DNA of 58,162 nucleotides, the filler included, from Nemertoderma westbladi (Eukaryota > Animalia > Xenacoelomorpha), in the NCBI GenBank assembly GCA_032718475.1. It is 2 parts of 2 records of this genome, joined end to end, with 100 filler letters (N's around TTAATTAATTAA, not from the genome) between each part and the next. Parts side by side here need not be neighbours in the genome. Positions count along the whole stretch, not along the records: positions 28,711 to 58,162 come from JAUCBJ010006130.1; 1 more part is not named here. The stretch is one strand, 5' to 3'. Numbering within the stretch: position 1 is the first letter of the stretch; every line of letters starts with the position of its first letter. The notes below the pieces were generated by a model, which saw nothing but the letters and a program-made list of their open reading frames with translations, was not told the DNA's origin and did not search any database. Below are positions 37,881 to 49,500 of this stretch, piece after piece. Position numbers and translations under genes: made by a program.

Positions 37881-38229
37881 TAATGGACGCGGGAAATGGA
37901 CGCGGGCGAAGCTTTCTCGCGGGCGAAGTTCCCTTCGCATTGTTGTTGTTGTTGTTGTTTATTTCGTACTAGTAGTACATCATGTTTAGACAGATAAATT
38001 ATTGATAGCACAATAAGTTAAGTAAATAATTATTCACAAAGAGTACAGGGAGACCTTTTAATACAGTATAATATTAGTATAGTTACAGCAGTATTATTAG
38101 TATAATAATACAGTTTAATACATACTGTACAATACAAATATACATACAGTATGAGTATACTGTGTACTGTATACTTTATGGCGTTGTTGTTTAAAATATT
38201 ATATATCTAACAGTATAATATACTGTAAT

Positions 38230-38810
38230 AATAAAAAATAAATAAACAGTAAACACATGTTGACATAAAAACAGAATATATACCTGTACAATGAGTTAAA
38301 ATGAGTTAAAAAGGCGCATCATGGTACTCGCGTTGAAATAAAACAGTTTTCAGTTTCGATTTAAAAATTGTCAATGTAGTGGCTGATCGCACGTCGTAAG
38401 GTAGTGAGTCCCTAACACGTGGCCCGGCAATGGAAAAGGCGCGCCTACCATAGTTCTCTAACGAGTACCGAGGGATTACCAAAAGATTACCCGCGCTCGA
38501 GCGTAATTCTCTACCGGGTGTGTATGGCGTCAATAAGTCGCTGAGATAAAGCGGTGCCAAGCCATTCAGACTCTTGTAGCACAACATTGCCAATTTGAAT
38601 TCCACGCCGTCTAATAATAGGGCCAGGGAGCCGCCAATGAAGTCGTGTTAGAACGGGAGTTATGTGTTCTCGCTTTTTGACGCTTTCTAATAGTCGCGCG
38701 GCAGACATATTGCTTATTACATATTGCAACTTTTTCATATATTTGGGAGGCAATCCATAATAGAGAGAATTATTATTATCCAATTTACTTGCAATAAAAT
38801 CATGTATTAA
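38230..38810 (-). mobile_element. L2-clade LINE, 3' part
   Basis: HITPVLTRLHW, FKLAMLCYKSLNGLAPLYLSDLL, RELRS and GRRAFSIAGP, with frameshifts. Confidence 0.88.
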
Positions 38811-40349
38811 CCCCTTAACGAATTATCCCGAATAAATTCGGGTTCAAGAAAATGGATAATTCAGACTAACCCGAGTTAACTCGTGCAAACAGTTTTCTGT
38901 TGAAAACTGAAACCAAACTCGAATATAGCCGTGAATTATTTGATTGGATATCTAAAAATAGCTTACCTTAGCCAAGTGGAAAACTTTAACAATGATATAG
39001 ATGCTGATTTGTGATTGGTTTTATGACGTAAATGGATTGTTTGTGGCCTCTATGAGACACACAACTTCCAGCCCTGCAGATCAATTTCTTATTGGTTGTG
39101 TTCCAGCAATAATAACTTAGTTAGGTACGGGTAGTTACAACAATAACATGCAGATCTATTGTATATTGGAGATTTCATTATTTACATTCTTCATTCTTTA
39201 TATTTTATCCTTTATTTGTTTTGTTACCGCACCGGTACGTTGCCAAATTACTTTTTAAAAATTGTGACGCTCCAATACAGTATGTGTAGTTCCGTGTTTC
39301 CGTGAATATCACACAAAATTTCTATAAGTTTTGAAAATATAGATTATAAGTAGGCCCAGATCCAGTAGATAACTGGTACACAACTGGTACAACAGTTGAC
39401 AAGTTCGCATTGTAAGCTACTGTAGGTGGTTAAGCTTATGTCAGATTTGTTCAATGAATTGTCCTATACTGAATAAATAAAAACGGTGGTATACAAATAT
39501 TCATTCAGTTTTCACTGCCGAATAAATACCCTAAGTATAAAGTAATAAATACTGAGAGTATAAATTACTGATTCGTTACCTAAATCGTGTAAGAGCTTGG
39601 AAGTAGCTGTAATGGTGTCAAGTTACAAATTATTTCAAATAACTGACAATTTTGTCTGACAAACAGACAACCCTCAAATCAGTCTTACAAACAAACGAGA
39701 AAACACACTGGACAGAAAAGTGTGCAGTAAGCTTGTTTTACAAAGAGTCATTCGAGATGCAGTCCATAGATTTTCAAAAATTTCAGTAAATACTGATGTC
39801 TACACAAGCAAATGCACAGACAAACAGACCGACGGACAGACAAACAGACTTGCAGACAACTAGACGAAGAGTAAACAGATCGACATACTTCAGAACAACT
39901 ATTATAGAACTAGATGAAAGAAATGAAAATATACTGTATGTGCTTGGAAATTTTGTCATTGTGTGTAAATACAAATAGTTGCACTTTTTTTGTTTCAGAA
40001 ATCGGACAAATTTTGTCGGACAACAACAGATGTACAAACAGACTTATAGTACAGACTTTAGTGTGAATGTTATTTATCAAACCAATACTTATATGGTGCA
40101 CACTTTTTCATTATTATTTTTATTTTTATATTATTTTTTCGCGAATTTACATGATTATTTCATGCACGAGTTAACTCGGGATGAGTTCTTGATAGCTTAT
40201 AGAAGGCTGGATATTTCACTAAATAATGCATATATTTTACTGGAAATATATTTTTTTTCATCCGCTAGTTATAGGCTATCGAAAATGACAATAAAAAAAA
40301 TAGGTCATTTTTTGACAGGCTGCCGCTAAAAAAGTGGTTCGTTAAGTGG
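38811..40349. mobile_element. piggyBac-like non-autonomous element inserted into the L2
   Basis: TTAA at 38807-38810 and 40350-40353; TIRs CCCCTTAACGAA and TTCGTTAAGTGG match at 11/12. Removing it restores the L2 frame DLEIL-IHDFIASKLD. Confidence 0.85.
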
Positions 40350-40980
40350 TTAAGATTTCCAAGTCGGGTTTGCAGAGATATCGCTTGATTTTTGAGAGGT
40401 TCCGAAGATGGTAGGACGAGTCCCGTACAACATTGGAGATTTGTTTTTTAAAGGTAAAGTGCGGTAAGGTTATACTTACAGCATCCACATAATTTATAGG
40501 TTTCAATGATATATACAACTGCGTGTCGTCAGCATACAAATGGAGAGAAAGACCGTATTTTCTGATTACCTGTGATAGTGAACGAGTATATATCGAAAAA
40601 AGTAGTGGACCAAGCTCTGATCCTTGGGGTAATCCAAACTTAATATCTTGGTGCTTGGAATAAGACTCCCCAATCCTGACTCCTTGTGTTCGTCCATGGA
40701 GATAAGATTTGAACCAATCCAATGCTGTCCCACTCCAACGACCCCCGATTATCCATGATAATATATACAGTATTAGTTTATTGTGATCGGCAGTGTCAAA
40801 TGCCGCACTTAAAATCTAATAATATCAGAAGCACTGTTGCGCCACCATCAATTTCACGCAATATATCGTTGTTGACCTTCAATAAAGCAGTTTCAGTGCT
40901 ATGAAACTGCCGCCGGTAGGCACTCTGCATTGGCTCATATAAACCATGACTACAATAGACATGTTCTAATAGAACGACAC
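40350..40980 (-). mobile_element. L2-clade LINE, RT part
   Basis: WFKSYL..RTQGV, GLPQGSELGPLLFSIY and HLYADDTQLY; HSTETALLKV upstream. Confidence 0.88.
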
Positions 40981-43297
40981 GCCGACTTAAGGGGATTTCG
41001 GTACATTGTTAAGAAAGATTAGGTTCACTATGCAAATATTTGTTATTTAGTATTCTTAGGCACTGTACAGTAGTTCTATATAAATAATACTGGTAGGCCT
41101 ACCTACTGTATCTATTAATAAACTGTATCTATTTTTAAATTTGTGATATACTGTGTATATATATGTAACATTTACTGTATGTATTATTCATAAGTAACTG
41201 TAACGTCCTTAAAAATGAGACTAGCCCTCGAAGTGAATCGGAGAATTATTCTCCGATCTCCGAGAATATACTGTATACTGTATACTATAGACATGACTGA
41301 CACGACATGACTGGAATATTACTATATACTGTATATCAAATCTATTGTACACTAGTTTGAAATACAGTAGTGAGTGCACCTATAATATATTGAATGGAAA
41401 TTCAATGGCGAGCGAAGAGAGCAGATTAATTTTTCCCACATTTCCGCGTATGACACATGTCATGGATATCATATTTCCTGACTTTTTACCGATTTGTCCT
41501 ACATATTTTTACAAGAAATTCCTGACATTTCAGCACCCTGGGTGAGTGCGCCCGGGCTGCCGGGGATCGTTCCCCCCCTCCCCTCGACACGCCTCCGGCA
41601 GACTGCAACCTTTCCAGAGAAGTTGTTGGGTTGTGGCCAAGGCGTACTATATACAAGGCCATGCCATCGAGTAGCCTGGGGGCGGTGACCGGGGGCAAGA
41701 GTTTCTTAAGAGGGCGGCCAACCTTTATTTCATCAGATTTTTTAATGTGTTTTCCGATGTGAATTTTTATGGTGATTACAAATCTTAAATGAGTTCTTCG
41801 ATAAGTTGTTTTGTTCTTGAGATATGCAACTTTTTTAAATTTGCAATTTTAAATTTCGAAATATTTTGCCATTTTCGGATCAGCGCCGATAATTTGCATG
41901 AATTTAGGTATCAAAACCGCAAAAGAAGGATCATTTTTGAAAAATATTAAAAAAAATTCACTTTTGGTGCATGTTTGGTCAGTTGTAATCAGGAGGAAAT
42001 TTAAATGTCATTTTTCTCGCGTTGGCTTTTTTTGGGACACTTTTCTCTCTCTACTTTTTAACTACTTAACCGATTTTCGTACTGTTTGCAGAATTATGTA
42101 GAGGAAATTCAAAATTTCATAATTCTGTCAAAACAATTTTTGCAATTGTTTTGACAGAATTTTGAAATTTTGTTTAAAAAAAAAGTTATGGTAAAAAGTT
42201 GTTTAGATGGCTTGAAAGTCCAGATGGTTGATGTACAAACCAGCCAATCACAGCCAATTCCATTCCAGCATTGTATATACTGCGCTCTCATTGGCAGTAC
42301 AGATGCCATTAGGGGTGTAGCAATAATTACAAAATTTAGGCAAACTATCTTTGCTGCTAACACTTTGCACTGACTTTATACTTTCTTAGGGGAAGGGATC
42401 CCGTTTTGTTGCATAGTTTTGATCCGTTTTGATCCGACAAGTTGAAGGATGGGTGTTCAAGTAGGAATTCCAATTCCGTAGTACACTTCATATGAATTGG
42501 ATATACGTCAGTTCAGAATATGTTGCCACATTGTTTAAAATTTATAAAAAATTAAAATTTTAGATTTAATTAATTAAAGTACCCGGTAGCTTCATTAATT
42601 AAACAATGAAAAATAATTTATTAATTACTCAGGAAACCCGTCGATATAGGCCTAGTCAGATAGTGGGAGTAGGTGCATTCGTCACCCATCATTATCATAA
42701 CATGAACCAATGAACCAGTTATTTGCTATGGCATGTATGGTAATGAAACACGATTCATAACATTGACCATTCGAAAGTGCATACATCAAGCATTCAGACT
42801 GGTGACAAGAAATTGAGGAAGAGCAAGAAAGATAGTTTATTGCGGTGAAGCATTCTGCTCATCCTCAATATCTAATATTATGCTGTTATGTCAGCAGTAC
42901 CGGTACTGCAGTACTACAGGCCCTTCAGCCTTTGCAGTAAATTCCGCGCTCTGTTTAGTTGTCAATGGCTACCGGTATTTCGGTCAGGTTTTCGGTAGGC
43001 CTATTGCCCTGCCCGACTGCCCGACGGCCGACAGAGTGAATTGCGATTTAGACTCTCTTTAGCTATTCGTTAGGCTTACCTGTTACCGTATTCCAGTATT
43101 CATCAGATCATAGCAGCATACTCATACCTGCATACACAGATACAGGCATAGCAGCATAGTGCTAGTGCAGTAGTCAGGTAGTGCAGTACCTAGCGCCTAG
43201 TGAGTGATGTAGGCCCCCCTAGTCCATAGTCGTGTAGCAGTGTAGTGACATATCAGTATATACCGGTACTGCAGTACTGAGTGTATCCGTGATCACA

Positions 43298-43538
43298 ATG
43301 TACGTTGTTGTCCAATGCAATATTTCGCGCTACAAAGGTAACCTCAGACTGACTGTAGACGACAGCGACACCATCGAGACGACTGCAGCTGAGTTTTTCC
43401 GGAAGTTGGGTAGACCCCCGTTGGAAACCTCCCAGTTCGTAGTCCGCAACGATGAAGGGGAGTTACTCGAAAACAACCAGAGTTTAGCGCTATGTGCCAT
43501 AGAGGACGGCGATCGCCTGTATATTTCTTACTCCGAAG
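43298..43538 (+). CDS. Ubiquitin-like domain exon (putative ENTPD exon 1)
   Basis: acaATG start; 80 aa MYVVVQCNISRYKGNLRLTVDDSDTIETTAAEFFRKLGRPPLETSQFVVRNDEGELLENNQSLALCAIEDGDRLYISYSE. It aligns by eye to ubiquitin (LEVEPSDTIE, KEGIPP, GKQLE). The best phase-1 donor is AAG|GAAAGT. Confidence 0.7.
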
Positions 43539-46500
43539 GAAAGTTCAGTTATATAATTTATTGTTTATTTATACAACAATCTAATAGTTTATTACAGTAT
43601 TTTACAGCGGCTGTAGTTAGTAGAGGGTAGGGTAGGGTAGGCCGGGCAGCCGGGCTGTGTTTACTTACACACTATGGGTAACTGTAATTATACGTCCTGA
43701 ATTAAACAGATAAGGGTGGGGGCCGGGGGGGGGGGGGGGGGGACTGGCATAACTTCAGTTTCAGTTTTGATATTGTTCCTTATGTTCCTTATTGTTCCTT
43801 ATGTAATGTTTGTTGTTATTTAATAATTGTGTTATTTTAATGTTCCTTTTAATGTTATACTTTGAGCACCATTAAACCAATACCAATACCAATACCAGAC
43901 TGGACGCAATAAAAATTTATCTCTCTCCAGGGGAAATTGGACGCAAATAACAGTTGATTACTCTCAAAAATAAAACTATAACCTGTTCTATTGTGTTTAG
44001 TTGATTGTTTTGGTTAAAATAATGTGCCACTGTAACCTGCTCCTTTCCCTAAATTGAGAATTTAACATTGAGGCGGGATATTAATTCGCCAAGGCGGGTT
44101 TTGCGTCGAGCCCCCCCCGCCCCACCCCCCCCTGTCTCGAAATAAATATATAAACATAAGTTTATTAATTAATAGGCCTTATATGACTCTTAAGCTGTAA
44201 GCCTAACAGCTATATCAGTATATCACTGACACTTAGTTACTACTGTACTAGTGACTAGCGCCTAGGCCTACATCAGTACATCAATATTTAGATGGACCTA
44301 TGTTTTTCACAAGAATAATGATAAATTATTAATATGAAATAAATGTTTTTAAAACGAATTCTATTTATTTTAGTTAACTTATTTTAATTTACCGGTAACT
44401 TTTTTCTGAATGAGGGCCTACTTTATGAATATGTTTGAGATATTTGTGTAGCATACTTTACAAACCTACAATAACTGTACAACAATACAATACCTGTCAG
44501 CCGGTAACTATTAGGTTTCCTTGCAGATGGATCTGATGCCGATGTTGAGACCGTAGAAGTAAACTTCGGTGTTTGCTGTTGGATTGGTCTTATTCTCGTT
44601 ATAGTCGGCGTAGCTGGGATCACAACTACCGTATTTCTCAATAAATACACAACTTCCATCGTTACAAGCGTAAGTAAGCGACGGTAGCGGTCTGGTGGTC
44701 ATTATTCATCCGAAATTCTAAGAATAATTATTAATTGTAGATTCTTATTTATTATTAATATAATCGAAAATGTAAGTTCAATTATTTAAGTGGTGGCAAA
44801 AAGTGTACTTTTTTGTCCAGCGTTTTTATTTGGTGAGCGTAGCGAGACAAATACTAAAGCAAGATTTTAGTTCTTCTTACTAGATAAACCAGCGAGTTGG
44901 CTGTAAACGAAACTGCATACATTTTAAATAGATCCGGATTTATGGTATTAGAGTTATCTGGATCTCCTTCGGTGTTATTCATTTACTAATCAGTTCAATC
45001 CGAATTGTTTTTTGATTTATTTTCAGTACGGTATTGTAGTCGATGCGGGGTCCTCGCACACTAAACTCTTCGTCTACAAATGGGACGCGGCGATGCCCAA
45101 AGGTACTGGTGTGGTCAGTCAGGTCTTCCACTGCCGGAGTAACACCAGCAGACCGCTGGACCAGTACGCGGACAACCCCGGTCAGGCCGGTAAGGACATG
45201 GACGACTGTTTGGTCTTATGCACCGGGGTGATTCCCGCTGAGAAGTGGACTAATGCCAGTCTCTACCTGGGTGCAACAGCTGGGATGAGATTGTTACGGT
45301 AAGTTCGATATCTAAGTGAGTAAATCGTCATTATTTAGAGAGTTTGTAGACGCGTTGCAATACATTATATGTCTGGTTGGTCGTGGTCGTCTACTGTCTT
45401 CATCACTGGGATAAACCAGAGAATAATGGCCCAATTTTAGCTTTTTAATGGTCAATTTTTTGGGAGGTGGGGGTGGAGGGGTGGTGATGATAAAGATATA
45501 TAATTAGAATTATTTACAAAGTTGAGATTTTTTCATATTTTACTACTAATTACAATAACTATAAAAGTATTTATAATCTATCACTTATGTAATGTATGTC
45601 CGCCAACCCACCAGGCCGACAATCCGCCAACCCAGCAGTCCGCCAACCCAGCAGTCCGCCAACCCACCAGTCCGACAATCCGCCAACCCAGCAGTCCGCC
45701 AACCCAGCAGTCCGCCAACCCAGCAGTCCGCCAACCCACCAGGCCGACAATCCGCCAACCCAGCAGTCCGCCAACCCACCAGGCCGACAATCCGCCAACC
45801 CAGCAGTCCGCCAACCCAGCAGTCCGCCAACCCAGCAGTCCGCCAACCCACCAGTCCGACAATCCGCCAACCCAGCAGTCCGCCAACCCAGCAGTCCGCC
45901 AACCCACCAGTCCGACAATCCGCCAACCCACCAGTCCGACAATCCGCCAACCCAGCAGTCCGACAACCCAGCAAAGTCCGACAATCTACTGCCATGCACT
46001 CCACCTACCAGCCAAATCGACGCCGACAGTCTGTTCATGTGTGCTGTGAAAAGTATATAAATGATGGAACTGTAAAAAGGGACATTACAGGCACTATAGC
46101 TTGTCCCACTTGTTTATGGACTTGTAATTTCTTGTATGGGAGCATTATAATCATGTCAGTGTCCATGTCTTATAGACAATTAATTCACATGGCTTTCAAA
46201 CGGTTATAACAATGTGGATAAATAATGAAACCATTCTTTAGGTCCCTTGTTAACCGAAAAGTAATTTTATTGTGAACACCCATAAAATACAATTTTTTCA
46301 GCTTTCAACCTAAAAGTCAGTATGACAACTATAGATCCACTGCCCTCCAAAATAGCTTCCACGTAGTTTTTTATGCTCCATTTGTGTCAGAACATTTTAC
46401 TGCATCAAATTTCATTGATCCAATGGCTAAATATTGCATCAACATCCCCTAAAGTCATTTGGGCCAGAATTCTCCGGTTTCACCCCACTGTCTTCATTTC

Positions 46501-49500
46501 TTGACACCATCCGCGCTGGTTCGTTTTAGTTTAAGCCCGATGATTTTATATTATCCTAGGTAATTTCATACTGTTCTTGTTATGTAATGTATTTATATAT
46601 AGTTTATTTTGGGTGCGGTGTCGGTGTGTGATTTAATTCAATTTCCGTGTGAATAATACACCGTAATCTCCATATTAGGTCTGTTAATGTACAGTTTCGG
46701 GTATTTTCTTTGATCTGTGAACAGCTTTCCGCAATTCAGATAATTCAATAACTCTATATTTACCTGACAGGGGAGCGGGGAAGCTTTGCTTGACGCTTTC
46801 AAAACTCACCCCTAGGGGTTGATGGGAGTTTTCCTGCTAAATATTATAAGATCATAATTTCCGATTCATCGAAGCCAATAATCCAAAACTTGTAAATCTT
46901 GAATATATTGTATTTTATAATCAAAAACTTTTAGTTAATGAAATCAACTACACGTTGCCGGTCACAGACGCGGTTCTCACCAAAGTATAAATAATAATAT
47001 CTTTATAAATTAATGCGAGAACTTCTAGTTACATTGCCGACGTTTTATAAACAATGAACTTAAACACTTTTACACTAGAAAACACGTTTTAAAGTATTTA
47101 TAACGCGTACATCATTTAACCCTATTACCACGGGGTGATTGACCATTAGCAGCACTGGCGGGGGGTCGATCGTCATCCAATAAAATCCTACGAAATTTGG
47201 GCTGAAGGTGAAAAAATTATCGAAGAACATTTTAAAATCCAAAAAAAATGAAAATTTATTAAGGGGCTGGGTATAATAATTTTCATGAAAAATAGAAGTA
47301 GTCCTAGGACAAAATATACATTTTTTTGATATTCTAAAAACTGATAGTGTGGCATTGTAGTCTAGCATTAGTAGGGTTTTCACTACGCTGAATCGAATGT
47401 GATTATATTCCATTTCCGAAAATTGAACTGGATGCTATTTTTCGTGCACCTAAGAAGTGGGCGTGGCACTTCAAATTTTGAAAAATACGAGATTCGAAAA
47501 ATAAACCAAAGTTGAGATTTCAACGCACATTTATAGGTTTTCTGGACCGCTGAATCTTTTGAAAGTATTATAGAAGCCTGAAGACTTAGTGGTTCGGCAT
47601 TTTTGGTGCACCAAAATTAGGGAGTGGCACTTATTCAAATTTTGAAAAAGTACCACGCCCTAATTGTGGTGTACCAATAATGACGTACCACTAAGACTTG
47701 AAGCTTCAATATTACTTTCAATTGATTCAGCGGTCCAGATAACCTATAAAAATGGGTTGAAATGAAAACCTTGTGGTATTTTCTGAATATCGTAATTTTG
47801 AAAATTTGAAGTAAGCCTACTTGCCACATCCTAATTTTGGTGCACCAAAAATAATGTACCACTAAGAATTGAGTCTTATATATTACTTTCAATCGATTAA
47901 GCAGGCCAGAAAACCCATAAAAATGCGTTGAAATCAAAACTTCGGAGTATTTAACGAATATTGCAATTTTGAAAATTTGAAATGCCACGCCCTAATTTTA
48001 GTGCACCAAAAATGACGTACCACTTCCCTTACATACTTATATAGAGTAGTAGAGTGCTCCATACGAATCAGAATCAATAAAAAAAGCCTCAACATACATT
48101 ACTAACTCTCAAATGACCTTGTAAAATTCGAAAAATTTTAAAAAAAATATCTGCTTGGGACCAACACTATGTTTACCCTCATGGTGCTATCCCTTAATAT
48201 TACATATTACAAATTTTTGGGGCGAGCCACGAAAGTAAGCGAGCTTAGCATACGGGTACCACTAACTCAATCGGTGTGTCTGTCGTTCTGTTGTTCTGTC
48301 GATCTGTCGTGTTAAATTTTAAACGTTAATAACTCAGCCAAAATGTTAATGAAATTTATCCAAACTTGGTACACATGTAGTCTGGCAATAGCTTCGAATT
48401 TTTTCAAGTTGAATTTCCGTGTGGCCTTCGAGAAGTACCCCATTCCATTATAGTTTTTAATTAGTTCAAGTGATTTGCTTTAAGAAATGTGTCTTTAATT
48501 GATCTAAACATTATTAACTTATTAAAATGCCCCTTCTCCCCACTGTACTTCCATCTGCCTCATTTCATTTGCTATTGCCTAGCTGGGAATCAGTCCACCT
48601 CACCACCTGGAATCAGTCCACCTCACCACACTACTCGAACAAGGGAATCAGTCCACCTCACCACAAACTCGAACAAAGGTTGATTACATCTATAGGACGG
48701 GCAGCATAAGGAGCCAGACTAATAAGACAGCTTGCTTATTGTTTATTTCGCAAAATGATTGGCTAGAGTATTTAATGGTGATTCTTTAGAAATAGCTAAT
48801 TTCGTACCGGTAGAGGCATGGCAGTATCAATACTATCAGCATAAGGTGAGTTTATATTTCTTACAAATAGCTAATTTCGTACCGGTAGAGGCATGGCAGT
48901 ATCAATACTATCAGCATAAGGTGAGTTTATATTTCTTACAAATAGCTAATTTCGTACCGGTAGAGGCATGGCAGTATCAATACTATCAGCATAAGGTGAG
49001 TTTATATTTCTTACAAATAGCTAATTTCGTACCGGTAGAGGCATGGCAGTATCAATACTATCAGCATAAGGTGAGTTTATATTTCTTACAAATAGCTAAT
49101 TTCGTACCGGTAGAGGCATGGCAGTATCAATACTATCAGCATAAGGTGAGTTTATATTTCTTACAAATAGCTAATTTCGTACCGGTAGAGGCATGGCAGT
49201 ATCAATACTATCAGCATAAGGTGAGTTTATATTTCTTACAAATAGCTAATTTCGTACCGGTAGAGGCATGGCAGTATCAATACTATCAGCATAAGGTGAG
49301 TTTATATTTCTTACAAATAGCTAATTTCGTACCGGTAGAGGCATGGCAGTATCAATACTATCAGCATAAGGTGAGTTTATATTTCTTACAAATGGGGTCG
49401 CCTCCACGCCTAAAATATTTATTCTATTACTTCATGAGTTTAACATGTTACCAATAACATGAGTTTATTGATTTCTTTGTTGGTTAAGTGGGATTAGTCC

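Noticed and set aside
45522-46209. Overlapping Pro/Gln-rich and Trp/Gly-rich ORFs
   Set aside because: Artefacts of the stop-free minisatellite.
48759-49457. 232-aa ORF with a 25-aa repeat (IANFVPVEAWQYQYYQHKVSLYFLQ)
   Set aside because: The frame is open simply because a 75-bp unit is a multiple of 3. It has a TTG start, no synonymous variation and an intronic location.
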